Shown here piece after piece: positions 46,131 through 57,154 of a stretch of DNA of 64,000 nucleotides (positions are counted from its first letter, which is position 1; each line of letters begins with the position of its first letter). The stretch comes from a virus. The notes under the pieces were generated by a model, which was not told where the DNA came from, did not search any database, and saw only the letters and a program-made list of their open reading frames with translations. Both the position numbers and the translations under genes were made by a program. Location of the stretch: IMG/VR virus record IMGVR_UViG_3300016471_001132, positions 32,001-96,000 of that record, one strand, 5' to 3'.

Positions 46131-49100
46131 TTATGCGTAATTGTTTAGCCAGACCACGGCGTTGCCTGAATCGTTGTTCCAGGTGACACTGCTCAATCTA
46201 ACGTTGCGCCATATGATCACAGGATTGGGCGTGGGTGGCGGCGGCCCAGGTATGGTTGGGGTGGGATCGATGATATTGATCTTGGGGAACAACAGGTATC
46301 GATCAAAATCATCTGTGCCGGTGTATTGATCAGCAGGACTGACGAAGGCTGTGCTGCCACCATCAAACACCGTGGGTGTCCTTGCTGTGCTATTAGTGTC
46401 CAGTTGGTAAGTGCTGGAGATCTGATTGATAGCCACTGTGGCATTGGCAGGCAAAGCAGCACCTGCAAAAATAGCTGGATTGGCACCCGAAGCCGTGCGG
46501 ATAATCACACTGTTTGGCGGGTCGATCTGCTGCCAATAATATCCGTCGGAGATAGCTGTTCCGGCCGGCACATCTCTCAAGCTGCGATAGTAAAGTCCCC
46601 CGGTGGTCACTGTGGCATAGGTGCCATAAGAATCCAAAGAGTTCCAATCTCTGATATTGGTTTCTGGAATACCTCGGCTGTAACTCAGTTGCCAACTGTT
46701 GCCAGTTGTGCCGGACTTCCAGTAAGGGATCACAGTGCCATTGACAGTGACCACCAACTTGCCCGTGCCTGACTGGGCTTGGAATCCCCAGGCTTCGGTG
46801 ATACCGTCGGCAGTGTAAGAATTGACCTGCACCACTTGCCCAGTGGTATTCAAAGAAAAAATATTGTCTCTGTACTGGAATTGAGTGTGTAAATCAAAAG
46901 TAGTGGCAGCAGGCGCTGAGCCATCGGGCGATAGCCAAGTACCAATGGCAGGATCCCAAAGATAAGTCTGACTGCGATCCAGTTCATAACGATCGGCTTT
47001 GAAGTCAATCTTATTGAGTTGATCACCAAATCTCGTGCGGATGTTGTATGCAACCCTGTCACCTTGCCCGGGCTGCAGATAAGCTATGACCCAGGCCGGA
47101 GTGAATCCCAATGTGCGGCCGTCACTCTGCTGGCTGGTCATCCACAGAGGCAGCGCAGGTGTAAGGGGTGGAGATATCTGTCCCACGACCGAAACCACTT
47201 GATCTCGCATGTTTATGAGACTGTTGGGATAGACAACACTTATCTCTGTGCTGTCTCCTTGGTTGATGGGATAAGGCAGCGTGACCTCTTTGCCCACGCT
47301 CTCGCCTTCGTTGTTGACGAGATCGTCGATGATAGATGAATACACCACATCATAGATGTAGTTGCCTGCACTGTCAATGGCTCGAGCTGTGCGTATCTCT
47401 CCCAGGGTTAGATTCTTCCAGTAATGATTTAGCTCCAGGCTTTCAACATACTCTTCCAGTGCCACAGCATTCAGTCCATAGGCATGATCATAGACCACGT
47501 CCGCTGCCACACCAAAATTGGGGTCATCAGATCGGTAAACCAAGGCATTGGGTATGATCTCTTGATTCTGTACCAACTGTTCGATCAGAGCACGATCATC
47601 CTCAGGCGGCATTGCCTTGATGTAGAGTTTCTGATAGGGTTCATTGAAATACCGCACGACTTTTATGCTGAACCTGCGGAACACACTGATGGCGTTGTTC
47701 ACCGACCTAGTGGTTATGGTTGCGGTAGCTGTGACTCCTGCGCCACCTCCCCCGCTGAAACTCACTGTGGGCGGTGTGGTGTATCCATTGCCAGGATTGC
47801 CCACAGTGATGGCAGTGACCACTCCGTTTTCTATCACTGGCGTACCGGCTACTGCACCCGATCCTCCCCCGCCGGTGATGGATATAAACGGAGATCCGCT
47901 GTAACCAGATCCACCAGAGGATAAGTTTATTGCCGTTATAGCTCCTGAAACTATCGTGGCGCTGCTGACAGCTACACCTGTTCCACCACCGCCTATGATG
48001 ACCACTGAGGGTTGGCTGGTGTAACCAGAGCCGCCCGACGACACAGGTATGCTGGTAATGACCCCGTTGCTGATGGTAGCAGTGGCAGTGGCCTGCAAAG
48101 CACCATCCACTGCTGAAGGAGCAGACAGCGTGACTGTGGGCGCAGTGGTATAACCTGATCCACCAGAGACGATATTGATGCCACTGACTTCATAGTTGAC
48201 CTGCTCGGTCTGGGCCGCAAATGCGTTCACTGTGAAATGATATTCGCTGTCAAAGGTAGTGTCTCCTGCATCTATGGTCGTTTCACCTTGATCCAGCGCG
48301 AAAGTTATAAAACTCACACGGCCGGTGATGTGCCCCGACGGTTGCAGAGTAAGTCCCTGCGGCAATCTGCTGTCGCTGCCGCTCTGCAGCTGATAAGTCA
48401 GCGCTCGTCCACCTCGGTTGACTGCGGCCACTGCCAAGGTAGAGATGCTGCCATTGAGGATGCTGCCGAGGTCGGGGTCAGTCAACCAGGTTACCTCGGT
48501 ATTGATATTACCAGTGATGGTCAGTGTGTAATAGTAGAAGTCGGAGATCACAGTGGGATCACCGGCTTTGTAAACGCGAATGGCAAATTGATAAGTGAAT
48601 TCTGTGGCGCCTTGGTCAGGGATGTAACCTGTGAGCCATCCTGTGGTTTGATTTAGCGTCAGCCCCGGGGGCAAGCTCTGGCTGCCACGGTCGAATCCTT
48701 CTCCGTCTCTATCAAAACTGCCCGGACCTCCAGTCACTGTACCAGCATCAAAGCCAATGGCGGCACCAGTGGTGATAGTGTATTCTATGGTATCGCCATC
48801 AAAATCAATGGCTTCGAACTGGAAGGCGAAAAATCCACCCGATCTGACTGTGCCCAGACTGCCTGCTGGCGTGATGATCACTGGTGTGCGGGTGGGTATG
48901 GCATCAGCAGTGATGAATGTGTTGTCGGCGGTAAAGTCAGTGGTATCAGCTGTGAGACTATCTGAACTGTAGACAAAGATCTCATAGGTCCGTATGGCAC
49001 CAGGATCTTCTACCGTGGTCAGGCTGCCGCCTATCTTCAAAGTAAATTGATAGTTCTTGCTGGCAGATCGTGTGGAGAAATCCCAAGGGTACACATCCCA

Positions 49101-49673
49101 GTTGGTAGCATCCCAGCCCGCTGGAGCAGTCCCGGGCGGACCCACCAAGGGTTCAATCACGCCGGAAATCAAACCGGTGCGGCTTACAGTGAGTCCAGGC
49201 GGTAACTCACCATACAGCAATTCTATGTTAGGACTCTCGTTCTCGTCCAGTCCGGTGTACTCTATTTGGACTTCAGCGGCCCGCCCATCGAAAAAAGTAC
49301 CTACATTTCCCGCAGGTGTGACGAATTCAGGATCATTGCGATCTATGACTGTGAGTTCAAAAGTGCGGTCATTGATGCGATCTACAAGGATCCGACCGTT
49401 GACCGTTCGTGTGGTGTAGGCACGGATGGCGAATCTGCTGGTGACATCGCGTGCCACATCTGCTGGTACACCTTGTACGCGGGCCACAGTGCTGGGCACA
49501 CCTTCGATCACACCATTGGTGTTGATTTGTACACCTGCGGGCAGTTCGCCGGCGATGAGTCGGAAATATACTATTTCACCCTCGGCTTCGGCGGTCACAG
49601 GAGTGCTGTAAAATTGCCCTTCGGGTATGCTACCCAGGCTGCCGGCAGGAGTGATCCATTGTGGCTGGGCCAT
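46131..49673 (-). CDS. Baseplate wedge-like protein with putative Ig domains
   Basis: Repeated WxTPAG.LG / LPxGLxL..G.I.G units; GSGY..PTV repeats. Confidence 0.7.
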   Translation of the reverse strand: MAQPQWITPAGSLGSIPEGQFYSTPVTAEAEGEIVYFRLIAGELPAGVQINTNGVIEGVPSTVARVQGVPADVARDVTSRFAIRAYTTRTVNGRILVDRINDRTFELTVIDRNDPEFVTPAGNVGTFFDGRAAEVQIEYTGLDENESPNIELLYGELPPGLTVSRTGLISGVIEPLVGPPGTAPAGWDATNWDVYPWDFSTRSASKNYQFTLKIGGSLTTVEDPGAIRTYEIFVYSSDSLTADTTDFTADNTFITADAIPTRTPVIITPAGSLGTVRSGGFFAFQFEAIDFDGDTIEYTITTGAAIGFDAGTVTGGPGSFDRDGEGFDRGSQSLPPGLTLNQTTGWLTGYIPDQGATEFTYQFAIRVYKAGDPTVISDFYYYTLTITGNINTEVTWLTDPDLGSILNGSISTLAVAAVNRGGRALTYQLQSGSDSRLPQGLTLQPSGHITGRVSFITFALDQGETTIDAGDTTFDSEYHFTVNAFAAQTEQVNYEVSGINIVSGGSGYTTAPTVTLSAPSAVDGALQATATATISNGVITSIPVSSGGSGYTSQPSVVIIGGGGTGVAVSSATIVSGAITAINLSSGGSGYSGSPFISITGGGGSGAVAGTPVIENGVVTAITVGNPGNGYTTPPTVSFSGGGGAGVTATATITTRSVNNAISVFRRFSIKVVRYFNEPYQKLYIKAMPPEDDRALIEQLVQNQEIIPNALVYRSDDPNFGVAADVVYDHAYGLNAVALEEYVESLELNHYWKNLTLGEIRTARAIDSAGNYIYDVVYSSIIDDLVNNEGESVGKEVTLPYPINQGDSTEISVVYPNSLINMRDQVVSVVGQISPPLTPALPLWMTSQQSDGRTLGFTPAWVIAYLQPGQGDRVAYNIRTRFGDQLNKIDFKADRYELDRSQTYLWDPAIGTWLSPDGSAPAATTFDLHTQFQYRDNIFSLNTTGQVVQVNSYTADGITEAWGFQAQSGTGKLVVTVNGTVIPYWKSGTTGNSWQLSYSRGIPETNIRDWNSLDSYGTYATVTTGGLYYRSLRDVPAGTAISDGYYWQQIDPPNSVIIRTASGANPAIFAGAALPANATVAINQISSTYQLDTNSTARTPTVFDGGSTAFVSPADQYTGTDDFDRYLLFPKINIIDPTPTIPGPPPPTPNPVIIWRNVRLSSVTWNNDSGNAVVWLNNYA

Positions 49674-49937
49674 TTACCATGCCGATCCTGCGATGCGCTT
49701 CCAGATTATGGTGCTGTCGCCCACATAATCCTGGAAACAGTAGTAGAAATAATCTTCATCTACTGCGTACATGCCTTTGACATCAGTGGCCACACCATCG
49801 GGATTGTCCGGTGGTGTGGTCTTGAATCTCAAGAAAAGTTCGTCAAAATTGCTGTTACATTTGCCAAATGCTGTGCGCAGAGGATCGCCCAGGCCATCGT
49901 TGGGTGCTGTTCCTATGTTTATGGTCTGCTGTGCCAT
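49674..49937 (-). CDS. Small baseplate/fibre-associated protein
   Basis: INIGTAPNDGLGDPLRTAF (T4 gp9/gp10-like N-terminus). Confidence 0.65.
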   Translation of the reverse strand: MAQQTINIGTAPNDGLGDPLRTAFGKCNSNFDELFLRFKTTPPDNPDGVATDVKGMYAVDEDYFYYCFQDYVGDSTIIWKRIAGSAW

Positions 49938-49979
49938 CTTTTACCTCGCTTTGAGTGTATTTAGCGGATTTCCACAGGG

Positions 49980-50708
49980 TTAAACGCCGTATCTTCCTCG
50001 CATGGCATTGAAGTTTTGTTTGACCTGTGTGGCAGTGAGTGCTGTGTTGTAGATCAAACTCTGCCCAATGTTGCCATTCACTGGATAACTACCCACAGGA
50101 TTTTCTCCAGTAAATGCACTGAGCCCGATCCAGACATTTTGATCATTGGTCACGGATCCTATGGTGGTTGCCGCTGTAGCCACTTGTGTTCCGTCGGCAT
50201 ACAGATAAAGATTTCCTCCAGTGGCATCTCTCACAAACACAGCATTGTGCCACGCTCCGTCGCAATATCCGGCGGTGCTCTGCAGGTTTTCCGAAGAGAC
50301 AGCAGCATCCGCTGTATCTCCGCGTAATTTTCCAGTGGTAATCTCTAGCCAGAGTCTATAGTTCCAAGGTCTTCCAACTGTGGTTTCTTTGCTGAACAAC
50401 ATTTGATATGTGGTTGTGATACTACTTTTGAACCACGAACTTAGCGTAAATGTATTGTAACTCAGATATTGCCCAACATCGATGTATTTCCTACCAGTGG
50501 CACCATCAAATGTAAAACTTGGAGCACGAGCGGAAGAATATCCTACACTTCTTTGTAGCGTGGTGGTATAGCGATTTGGACTCAAATCATAGCTGCTGGT
50601 GCCCGATCCTGGATAACTCGCATAGAGATCGGGCTCCAACCAAAGTTGCAGTCCATCTGTGATGATCTGCCCGGGCAAGGCAGACACTGCCGCGAGAGCA
50701 CCGGCCAT
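49980..50708 (-). CDS. LamG/ConA-like lectin domain virion protein
   Basis: GLQLWL..YPGSG..DLS, FDG, WHNAVFV, LYADG, YNTALT..QNFNA. Confidence 0.8.
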   Translation of the reverse strand: MAGALAAVSALPGQIITDGLQLWLEPDLYASYPGSGTSSYDLSPNRYTTTLQRSVGYSSARAPSFTFDGATGRKYIDVGQYLSYNTFTLSSWFKSSITTTYQMLFSKETTVGRPWNYRLWLEITTGKLRGDTADAAVSSENLQSTAGYCDGAWHNAVFVRDATGGNLYLYADGTQVATAATTIGSVTNDQNVWIGLSAFTGENPVGSYPVNGNIGQSLIYNTALTATQVKQNFNAMRGRYGV

Positions 50709-53700
50709 CAGTACACTCCTGTGCCGCTGATCACCCAGGTATCGGTCGCCACTTTCATCACTGACGCCAACCCATATGCACCTACCACGCGATTGCCTGT
50801 GGTTGAACTACCTGCCATGTATAATGACACACCTGTATCAGCGTTGACCAACACATTACCGGCGGCATTTACTACTACGGTCAGGGTAGCACCAGTGGGG
50901 AAGGCCACGTTGGTGTTGGTGGGTATCAGTAGACTGAGATTGCCCGCAGTGGTAGAGTAAAAGTGCTTGCCAGCATCTGAGATGGCAGCCGTGGCGTTGG
51001 CACTAAATGCGACCTGTGGAATATCTCTGTAGCCGATGGCAGCGCCCACTCCAGCAGGCGAATTGGCCAAGTCCATGTACAACCCGCGGGTGCTGCCGCC
51101 ACCTTCAAAGAATCTCAGCCGATCACCATAGCTGTCGATCACTACGATGTTGCCGCTCAGTGTGGTGTTGGCAGCAGCCGGCAATGACAGGTTGATCTCG
51201 CCACCTTCGATACCGCTTTGATTGGAACTGATCAGCACATCACCGGTGATGGTGCCGGAAATGTTGGCACCCACTGCATTCAAATATCCACCAAGGCCAG
51301 TTATCTGATTGATATCAATATTGCCAGCATTGGCAGTGATGCCGCTGACTGTGTCTACCAACAAACCGTCTACAGTAAGTTGATTTTCTATATTGACATT
51401 GCCTAAAATCTCCACTTCACCATCGGCATAGAGATTGCTGATGATGTTGCCAGTGACATTGATATCAACGATATTCAGGCTGTCAGCGTTGACATTACCC
51501 GAGAGATTGGCGCCGACAGCGTTGAGCCAGCCACCCAATCCAGTGATTTGGTTGATATTCACATTGCCTGCGTTGGCAGTGATCCCTGTGACGGTATCTA
51601 TCAAAAGGCCGCTGGCTTTGACATTGCCAGAAAACCAGCCATCTCTAAAATTATTTGTACTGTTACCCAGGTCCACAGCGGTGTAACCTGTGACAGGATA
51701 GATCATTCCTTGCACAGAGATCGTACCATCGGCCAGGAATCTTGTTTCTCTGGTGGCACCCGCGTTGTTAGCGAAGATTGTTACCATGCTGGCAGCATAG
51801 ATATCTACACCATCGTTGCCAGCACCATCTCCATAGAACAGGATACCGTTGAGCTCGGCCGCGTCGCTGTACATGGTTATGGTATTGGCTGCAGAACTGA
51901 TATATCCTGTGCCGCCAGGAACCCATAGTTCACCGTTGACATCAAATGTCCAATTGTAAGCACCTGAACTAGTAGTTACAGTGACATTGTCTCTTGTGAC
52001 AGTGACGTTACTACGCTTGATGTCACTGTTGTCTTGTGTCATCATTTCAACAAAACTTGAATCACTGACGCTTCTCGCTATGATACTGATATTGCTCGAT
52101 GCGTCAGTCCACACAGCGGCATTGGCGGGTAATACTAAAGTTCCATTGTCGTTGAATTGATAATAAACCGATGACGCTGGAAATCCCAGTTCAAACTGAT
52201 CTCGTTGCTGTTGGTATTGTGACAATACTGTGCCGGAACCATCGTCGACGTTTAGGTAGACAGAAAAACCATCATCGTCGCCATCTTGAACTAGAATGGT
52301 AAAATCTTCATCAACGGTTTGAGCTATGCCACCGGCGACGAAGTTGAGATCACCTCCTGCAGGCAAGATGAGATTACCAGTGGTGTCAAATGTCCAGTTC
52401 TGTCCTGTGTTGTCACTGTCGGTGTATAAGGATATATTGCTGTTGGCATAAATCTCGGCATCACCGGTGTTGTTCAACAACACACCTGTTAGGTCTCCGG
52501 TACCAGCACTGACTCTTATGGTGTTGGCTGAAGCACTGATCGCACTGTTGCCGGGCAGGGTGACTGCACCTTCAGTGTCAAACACCCAACTCTGAGTGTT
52601 GGCAGTGACAGTAAGATTGCCGTTTCCTGTTCCTACTATATCATCGGTATAGACGTTGCCCGACACGTTGAGATTCACAGGAACGGATAGGTCTCCAAAC
52701 TGACCAAAAGTAAAGGTATACGTTGCTCCATTGGCGTTGGCAGTGTCGATGGTAAAATCGTTGTCCATGCCACCAAATACGGAAGTCTGGCTGGCAGGAA
52801 ATGTCAAGGTGCCACTATTAGTAAAATCCCATTCATAAGTGGGATTGCCGTTGGTGGTGTCTCCAGCACCGATCTCCACATTGCCGGCATCGTTGTGCAG
52901 GCGTGTGTTGGTGACGTTGGCTGTGTCGTTGGTGGGCACTTGCAAGAACGCATAACTTTCGCCCGACGGACTGATGTAGACATCTGTGTCCGGGGCACCG
53001 GGCTTGATAGTGATGGTGGCTGACAGGATCTCAAGGTTGGCGATGTTGGCCTCGTTATCAGAGGTCGTGACCACTTCAGCACCGTTGACTGTGAGTATGT
53101 TACCTGCAGCCATACCCAAAGGCACACCACCGATGTATATGGTGTTGTTGGCCACCCAGAGGTTTGACCAGTAGTTGGTAGCGTTGCCCAGGCTGTAGAC
53201 TGCATTGGCAGCGGGTATGATGTTGCCGGCCCAGCCTGCCTGCCCATAGGCCACTGCATTGGCGTTGGCGTAACTAGTGATACCAGTAAGCAGGCTACCA
53301 TTACCAAAGAAATAATTGGCCGTGATGTTGCCCGAAACATTAGCACCAATATTGGTAATCCAAGTATTGCTGGTGCTGTTGAAAAGGAAAGTGGCTATGG
53401 CATCGTTAGCGCCCACAGTTACACCAGCGCCATTGGCAGAGGAAGCATTGGCTGCTGTGTTAGCCAACTGCACAGTGAGCGTATCCGTGGTGATGTTACC
53501 GATCTGTATAGTATCACCTTCCACAGTGAGATTGCCGCCTATGGTAGCATCTCCAGTCACTGTCAGCGTTTCGGGCAGCAATTCATCGATGTAGGCTCGG
53601 CGCCAGCTCTGAGCTGAACTGCCCAGATCTCTGGTACTGGTAGAATTGGGCAGGACGGAAGCATTGGCCTGGATAATCCCCGTACCGTTGGGCTTGAGTA

Positions 53701-53896
53701 TGAGGTTGCCGTTGGTGTTGTTGGTCTGGATGGTGTTGTTGCTGATGGTTATGTTGCTGCCCACAGGGCCTGCTAACCAGACGTTGTCGAAGTTCTCATC
53801 GGTTTTGATAAACGCGGTGCGTAACGGGTCGCCGGTGCCATCGTTGGCAGTGGCGCCGTAGTTTATGATCTGTTGGGTGTTTCCGGTATTAGCCAT
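50708..53896 (-). CDS. Long tail fibre protein
   Basis: NDGTGDPLRTAFIK N-terminus; repeated W.FD..G.L.LP units; C-terminal YGLASVMKVATDTWVISG. Confidence 0.75.
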   Translation of the reverse strand: MANTGNTQQIINYGATANDGTGDPLRTAFIKTDENFDNVWLAGPVGSNITISNNTIQTNNTNGNLILKPNGTGIIQANASVLPNSTSTRDLGSSAQSWRRAYIDELLPETLTVTGDATIGGNLTVEGDTIQIGNITTDTLTVQLANTAANASSANGAGVTVGANDAIATFLFNSTSNTWITNIGANVSGNITANYFFGNGSLLTGITSYANANAVAYGQAGWAGNIIPAANAVYSLGNATNYWSNLWVANNTIYIGGVPLGMAAGNILTVNGAEVVTTSDNEANIANLEILSATITIKPGAPDTDVYISPSGESYAFLQVPTNDTANVTNTRLHNDAGNVEIGAGDTTNGNPTYEWDFTNSGTLTFPASQTSVFGGMDNDFTIDTANANGATYTFTFGQFGDLSVPVNLNVSGNVYTDDIVGTGNGNLTVTANTQSWVFDTEGAVTLPGNSAISASANTIRVSAGTGDLTGVLLNNTGDAEIYANSNISLYTDSDNTGQNWTFDTTGNLILPAGGDLNFVAGGIAQTVDEDFTILVQDGDDDGFSVYLNVDDGSGTVLSQYQQQRDQFELGFPASSVYYQFNDNGTLVLPANAAVWTDASSNISIIARSVSDSSFVEMMTQDNSDIKRSNVTVTRDNVTVTTSSGAYNWTFDVNGELWVPGGTGYISSAANTITMYSDAAELNGILFYGDGAGNDGVDIYAASMVTIFANNAGATRETRFLADGTISVQGMIYPVTGYTAVDLGNSTNNFRDGWFSGNVKASGLLIDTVTGITANAGNVNINQITGLGGWLNAVGANLSGNVNADSLNIVDINVTGNIISNLYADGEVEILGNVNIENQLTVDGLLVDTVSGITANAGNIDINQITGLGGYLNAVGANISGTITGDVLISSNQSGIEGGEINLSLPAAANTTLSGNIVVIDSYGDRLRFFEGGGSTRGLYMDLANSPAGVGAAIGYRDIPQVAFSANATAAISDAGKHFYSTTAGNLSLLIPTNTNVAFPTGATLTVVVNAAGNVLVNADTGVSLYMAGSSTTGNRVVGAYGLASVMKVATDTWVISGTGVY

Positions 53897-53940
53897 CTAC
53901 TGTGTCCTTGGGGTCACAGTATTTACCGGATTGTGTGCTA

Positions 53941-54255
53941 TCAGTAGGGGCTGAAACTTGATCCGCAACCACAGGAAGTCTGTGCGTTGGGATTGTCTAT
54001 GACGAAATTGGCACCCATGGCATCTTCTCGATAGTCTATTTTGGCACCGGTCATGTATTGCATGCTCATAGAGTCCACCAAGATTCCATCCACCTCGAAA
54101 TCGTCTTCGTTAGTGATTTCATCCAGTGTAAACCCATACTGCATGCCCGAACATCCGCCACCTTGCACAAATGCTCGAATTCGTAATGTAGGGTTATTTT
54201 CTTCTGCCAATATGTCGGCGATTTTGAGTTTGGCCGATTCAGTGATGGTAATCAT
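53941..54255 (-). CDS. A-type Fe-S carrier (ErpA/IscA/HesB family)
   Basis: GGGCSG, CGCGSSF. Confidence 0.93.
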   Translation of the reverse strand: MITITESAKLKIADILAEENNPTLRIRAFVQGGGCSGMQYGFTLDEITNEDDFEVDGILVDSMSMQYMTGAKIDYREDAMGANFVIDNPNAQTSCGCGSSFSPY

Positions 54256-54794
54256 AGTCTTTCGTTGCACACATCCCAGTCGATGATGCGCCAGATATTA
54301 TCAAGATACTTTTCTTTGTCCCATTGGTAGTCAGTGGCCCAAACGTGCTCCCACCAATCAATAAGCACGCAGATATCTGTCCTGACTGCATGATTTTTTA
54401 TGGTCTTGATCTCGCCCCCTGTGGATAGATATACCCACCCTGATCCTTGTATCTTCATGGCTACCTCTTTGACAGCATCTTTGAAATCATCAAAGTTACC
54501 AAACTTGTCTTCGATCAAGGCAAGCACAGCGCCGCGGGGCAGATTACGGCCTTTGGGTGGTCTAAGTTGTGGGAAGAACTTGTTGTGCAGGAAACTGCCG
54601 GCGCGGTTGAAGTCGGCATCTCCTTCGCCGGCATTGTAGCGTTTGGCATAACCTTTGGCCAAGTGCTCATAATGATAGTTGATGCTGTCTCGGCTGAGCA
54701 CAGGATCTAACGCATCCTCGGCATAGGGCAAGGGGGTAGTTTCCAGTTTCTTTTCTCGAGTAGTAGCCTCGATGAGATCTATATGTTCGCGCAT
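54252..54794 (-). CDS. sod: Fe/Mn superoxide dismutase with N-terminal tag
   Basis: [29 protein letters not shown]; starts MREHIDLIE. Confidence 0.9.
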   Translation of the reverse strand: MREHIDLIEATTREKKLETTPLPYAEDALDPVLSRDSINYHYEHLAKGYAKRYNAGEGDADFNRAGSFLHNKFFPQLRPPKGRNLPRGAVLALIEDKFGNFDDFKDAVKEVAMKIQGSGWVYLSTGGEIKTIKNHAVRTDICVLIDWWEHVWATDYQWDKEKYLDNIWRIIDWDVCNERL

Positions 54795-54802
54795 AAACAT
54801 AT

Positions 54803-55021
54803 TTATTTCCGGCGGGTGATACGCCCACGAGTGACATCATAAGGAGAGAATTCTATCTCTACCCTATCGCCCAGCAATATCTTGATGTTGTGCTGTCGCA
54901 TCTTGCCCGAGATCACTCCCAGCACCACATTTTCAGTATCGTCTATCCGTACACGGAATGTTGCGTTGGGCAGTATCTCTACTACCTCGCCTTCCATCTT
55001 AAAACCTTCTTCTTTAGCCAA
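54803..55021 (-). CDS. infA: Translation initiation factor IF-1
   Basis: [43 protein letters not shown]. Confidence 0.95.
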   Translation of the reverse strand: MAKEEGFKMEGEVVEILPNATFRVRIDDTENVVLGVISGKMRQHNIKILLGDRVEIEFSPYDVTRGRITRRK

Positions 55022-55358
55022 GTTCGAAATGGACCTTTTTCAGTCGATCCCAGCGGAAGCTGCGCCAGGCGTTTTGATTCATGTCCCAGACCACGCATAC
55101 ATCAGGGTTGGGTTTTTTGGCAGTTTTATCTTTGTTTTCGTTCACGGTGTACTTAGCACCCAACGACTCATTCAGTGTGCATTTCATGCTACGGAAATCA
55201 CCGTCGGCTTTGACAAAATCTATTGTGACTTCACGCTCGCGCAACAGACCTTGCACCCACTCTTTGAACACCTGCCGTTCTGATTCAGAGGCCTGGCAGT
55301 AATAATTTCCAGGATCTCCACTGATAGATCTCCACACTTGATCTCGTTCAAAACTCAT
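55014..55358 (-). CDS. WYL-like/SH3-fold phage protein
   Basis: [29 protein letters not shown]. Confidence 0.65.
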   Translation of the reverse strand: MSFERDQVWRSISGDPGNYYCQASESERQVFKEWVQGLLREREVTIDFVKADGDFRSMKCTLNESLGAKYTVNENKDKTAKKPNPDVCVVWDMNQNAWRSFRWDRLKKVHFELG

Positions 55359-55585
55359 ATATTTTCCCTTAAGCTCAATTCATTGGGTATGAAAGAGGGC
55401 CAGCCCGTGAGGAACAGCAGGCGGTCCTGTTCGTTGAAAAATTCAAAGTCCATCCAGTCAGCATCCACGTGTGTGCGATATCTGTCACCGGGCAAGCCAA
55501 ACACTTCGACCACAGACGCCAGCTGGAGATTCCAGGTGGTAATGGTATCCCCATGCCGCCAATCGATCCTAGCGCGATAAGTCAT
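55355..55585 (-). CDS. Hypothetical protein
   Basis: 76 aa; ATGA-coupled. Confidence 0.65.
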   Translation of the reverse strand: MTYRARIDWRHGDTITTWNLQLASVVEVFGLPGDRYRTHVDADWMDFEFFNEQDRLLFLTGWPSFIPNELSLRENI

Positions 55586-56400
55586 AGTTCTATCAGTTTG
55601 GGTTGCCATGATTCTGCTCGCGCTTCATATCCGATATAGCCTCGGGGATTGCACACCACGCGAGTGCTTTCGATCTGATAGTCAAAGTCTTCATGGGTGT
55701 GCCCGTGCGTCCAGAGTACGATCTCAGGTCTGTCCAGGATGAATTCTTCGAGATTGCTACGATAGCAACCGTTCATGATCACATCGTTGCGATATTTTGG
55801 GTGTACGCTTTGATCGCTGGGACTATGGTGCCCCACCACGATCACTCGATCACTGCGATCGCCCTGTGCCCTGCGATTGTCGATCACAGTAGATATGTAT
55901 TGCTTCATCTTGTAATGATCTTCCAAAGCATCCTGGGGGATGAACTTCCAGATCCCGCCACTTTTGCCTTTAGCTCGGTAGCCCACGCCTTTGAAGTCGT
56001 TCATCATCGAGCTGGCAGCATGTATAGTGATGGGATCACCACGATTGAAGTCGGTCCACAATGTGCCACCAATGAAAAGATAGTCCCCGATGGTGACAGA
56101 TTCTTTGTCTAGGAGATGGAAATGAGAGTATTCTTTGACAGCGTCGCGGATGAGATTGGCGCTTTCACCGAAGTCACCGTGATAGTGTTCGTGATTGCCC
56201 ATGCACATCACTATGTGGGGAAATTCGTTGGCGATTCTCTTGAAGAAACCATGCACCCTGTCGCCACGCTCATCGGGCCGATCTAGATCTTTAGCTACAA
56301 GGATATCGCCCGACAGGATCAATACATCCACATCGTCTTGATTGCGTAAGTCAAGATCCCCAAACTCCAAGTGAAGATCGCTGGTTACATATAACTTCAT
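55582..56400 (-). CDS. Calcineurin-like metallophosphoesterase
   Basis: SDLH, GDI, GNHE, HH, HGHTH. Confidence 0.9.
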   Translation of the reverse strand: MKLYVTSDLHLEFGDLDLRNQDDVDVLILSGDILVAKDLDRPDERGDRVHGFFKRIANEFPHIVMCMGNHEHYHGDFGESANLIRDAVKEYSHFHLLDKESVTIGDYLFIGGTLWTDFNRGDPITIHAASSMMNDFKGVGYRAKGKSGGIWKFIPQDALEDHYKMKQYISTVIDNRRAQGDRSDRVIVVGHHSPSDQSVHPKYRNDVIMNGCYRSNLEEFILDRPEIVLWTHGHTHEDFDYQIESTRVVCNPRGYIGYEARAESWQPKLIEL

Positions 56401-56666
56401 AATTCCTTTTTTTGATGTTTCATGGCCCGATCCATACGATCCATGAAGTGCTCCATCATAGTCATAGCTTGGTCAAAATCCTGTCGTATATCAGCTTTGG
56501 ATTGGGTATTCTCAGGAACACAGGCAGCACGACCGAATCCTTTATTGGCCGCATTGTATGTCTGCGCGAAACTTTCACACTGCTCCATGGTCTCAAAAAC
56601 AGCAAAACGCTGGGCTGTTCCATTTTGAGCCAGTATCACCAGGACAAATACCATTTGCGCTAACAT
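56397..56666 (-). CDS. Hypothetical exported protein
   Basis: Hydrophobic N-terminus; F.TMEQCE..C. Confidence 0.6.
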   Translation of the reverse strand: MLAQMVFVLVILAQNGTAQRFAVFETMEQCESFAQTYNAANKGFGRAACVPENTQSKADIRQDFDQAMTMMEHFMDRMDRAMKHQKKEL

Positions 56667-56667
56667 A

Positions 56668-57081
56668 TTACCTCCTCATGGTAGCGATGTCTCTGGCTTC
56701 GTCATCGCTGAAGATGGGCACGGCGTTGCTCTTGTGCATGGTGCCGATTCCTTTGATCTTGGTGCCGGTATAGACCTTGGGTGCAGGTGCTGCCGCCACG
56801 CCCACAGTATCGGGCTTGCTGGGTATGTTGGCTGGCTCACGACCCGGCGGATAGAAGGATGCTGTCTGTAAGGGCCGGAAAGCACCACGCGGCATGGGCT
56901 GGCTCTCGACTTTCTTCGTGGAGAATCTAGGAGCCAATTTGTTCCACTGCTGTTGCAATTCTTCCCACTCACGAGCCTCACGCTCAGCCTTTTGCTTGGC
57001 CTCGCTTGACGCCCACTTCTTGTGCGCCTTCTTTGAATACTTGGTAGTGGTCATCCAAGGACCTTCTAGATGCATGGTCAT
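56668..57081 (-). CDS. Hypothetical phage protein
   Basis: C-terminal KIKGIGTMHKSNAVPIF. Confidence 0.7.
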   Translation of the reverse strand: MTMHLEGPWMTTTKYSKKAHKKWASSEAKQKAEREAREWEELQQQWNKLAPRFSTKKVESQPMPRGAFRPLQTASFYPPGREPANIPSKPDTVGVAAAPAPKVYTGTKIKGIGTMHKSNAVPIFSDDEARDIATMRR

Positions 57082-57154
57082 CGTGGATCCTTCAGTGCGT
57101 CAATTATGACCAGACCGGCGATGAACGTCAGTCCACCTACAATAATCAATTCGG

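Noticed and set aside
47700-48180. Gly-rich GSGY..P repeats as a novel repeat system
   Set aside because: They are ordinary tandem beta-domain repeats within the baseplate protein.
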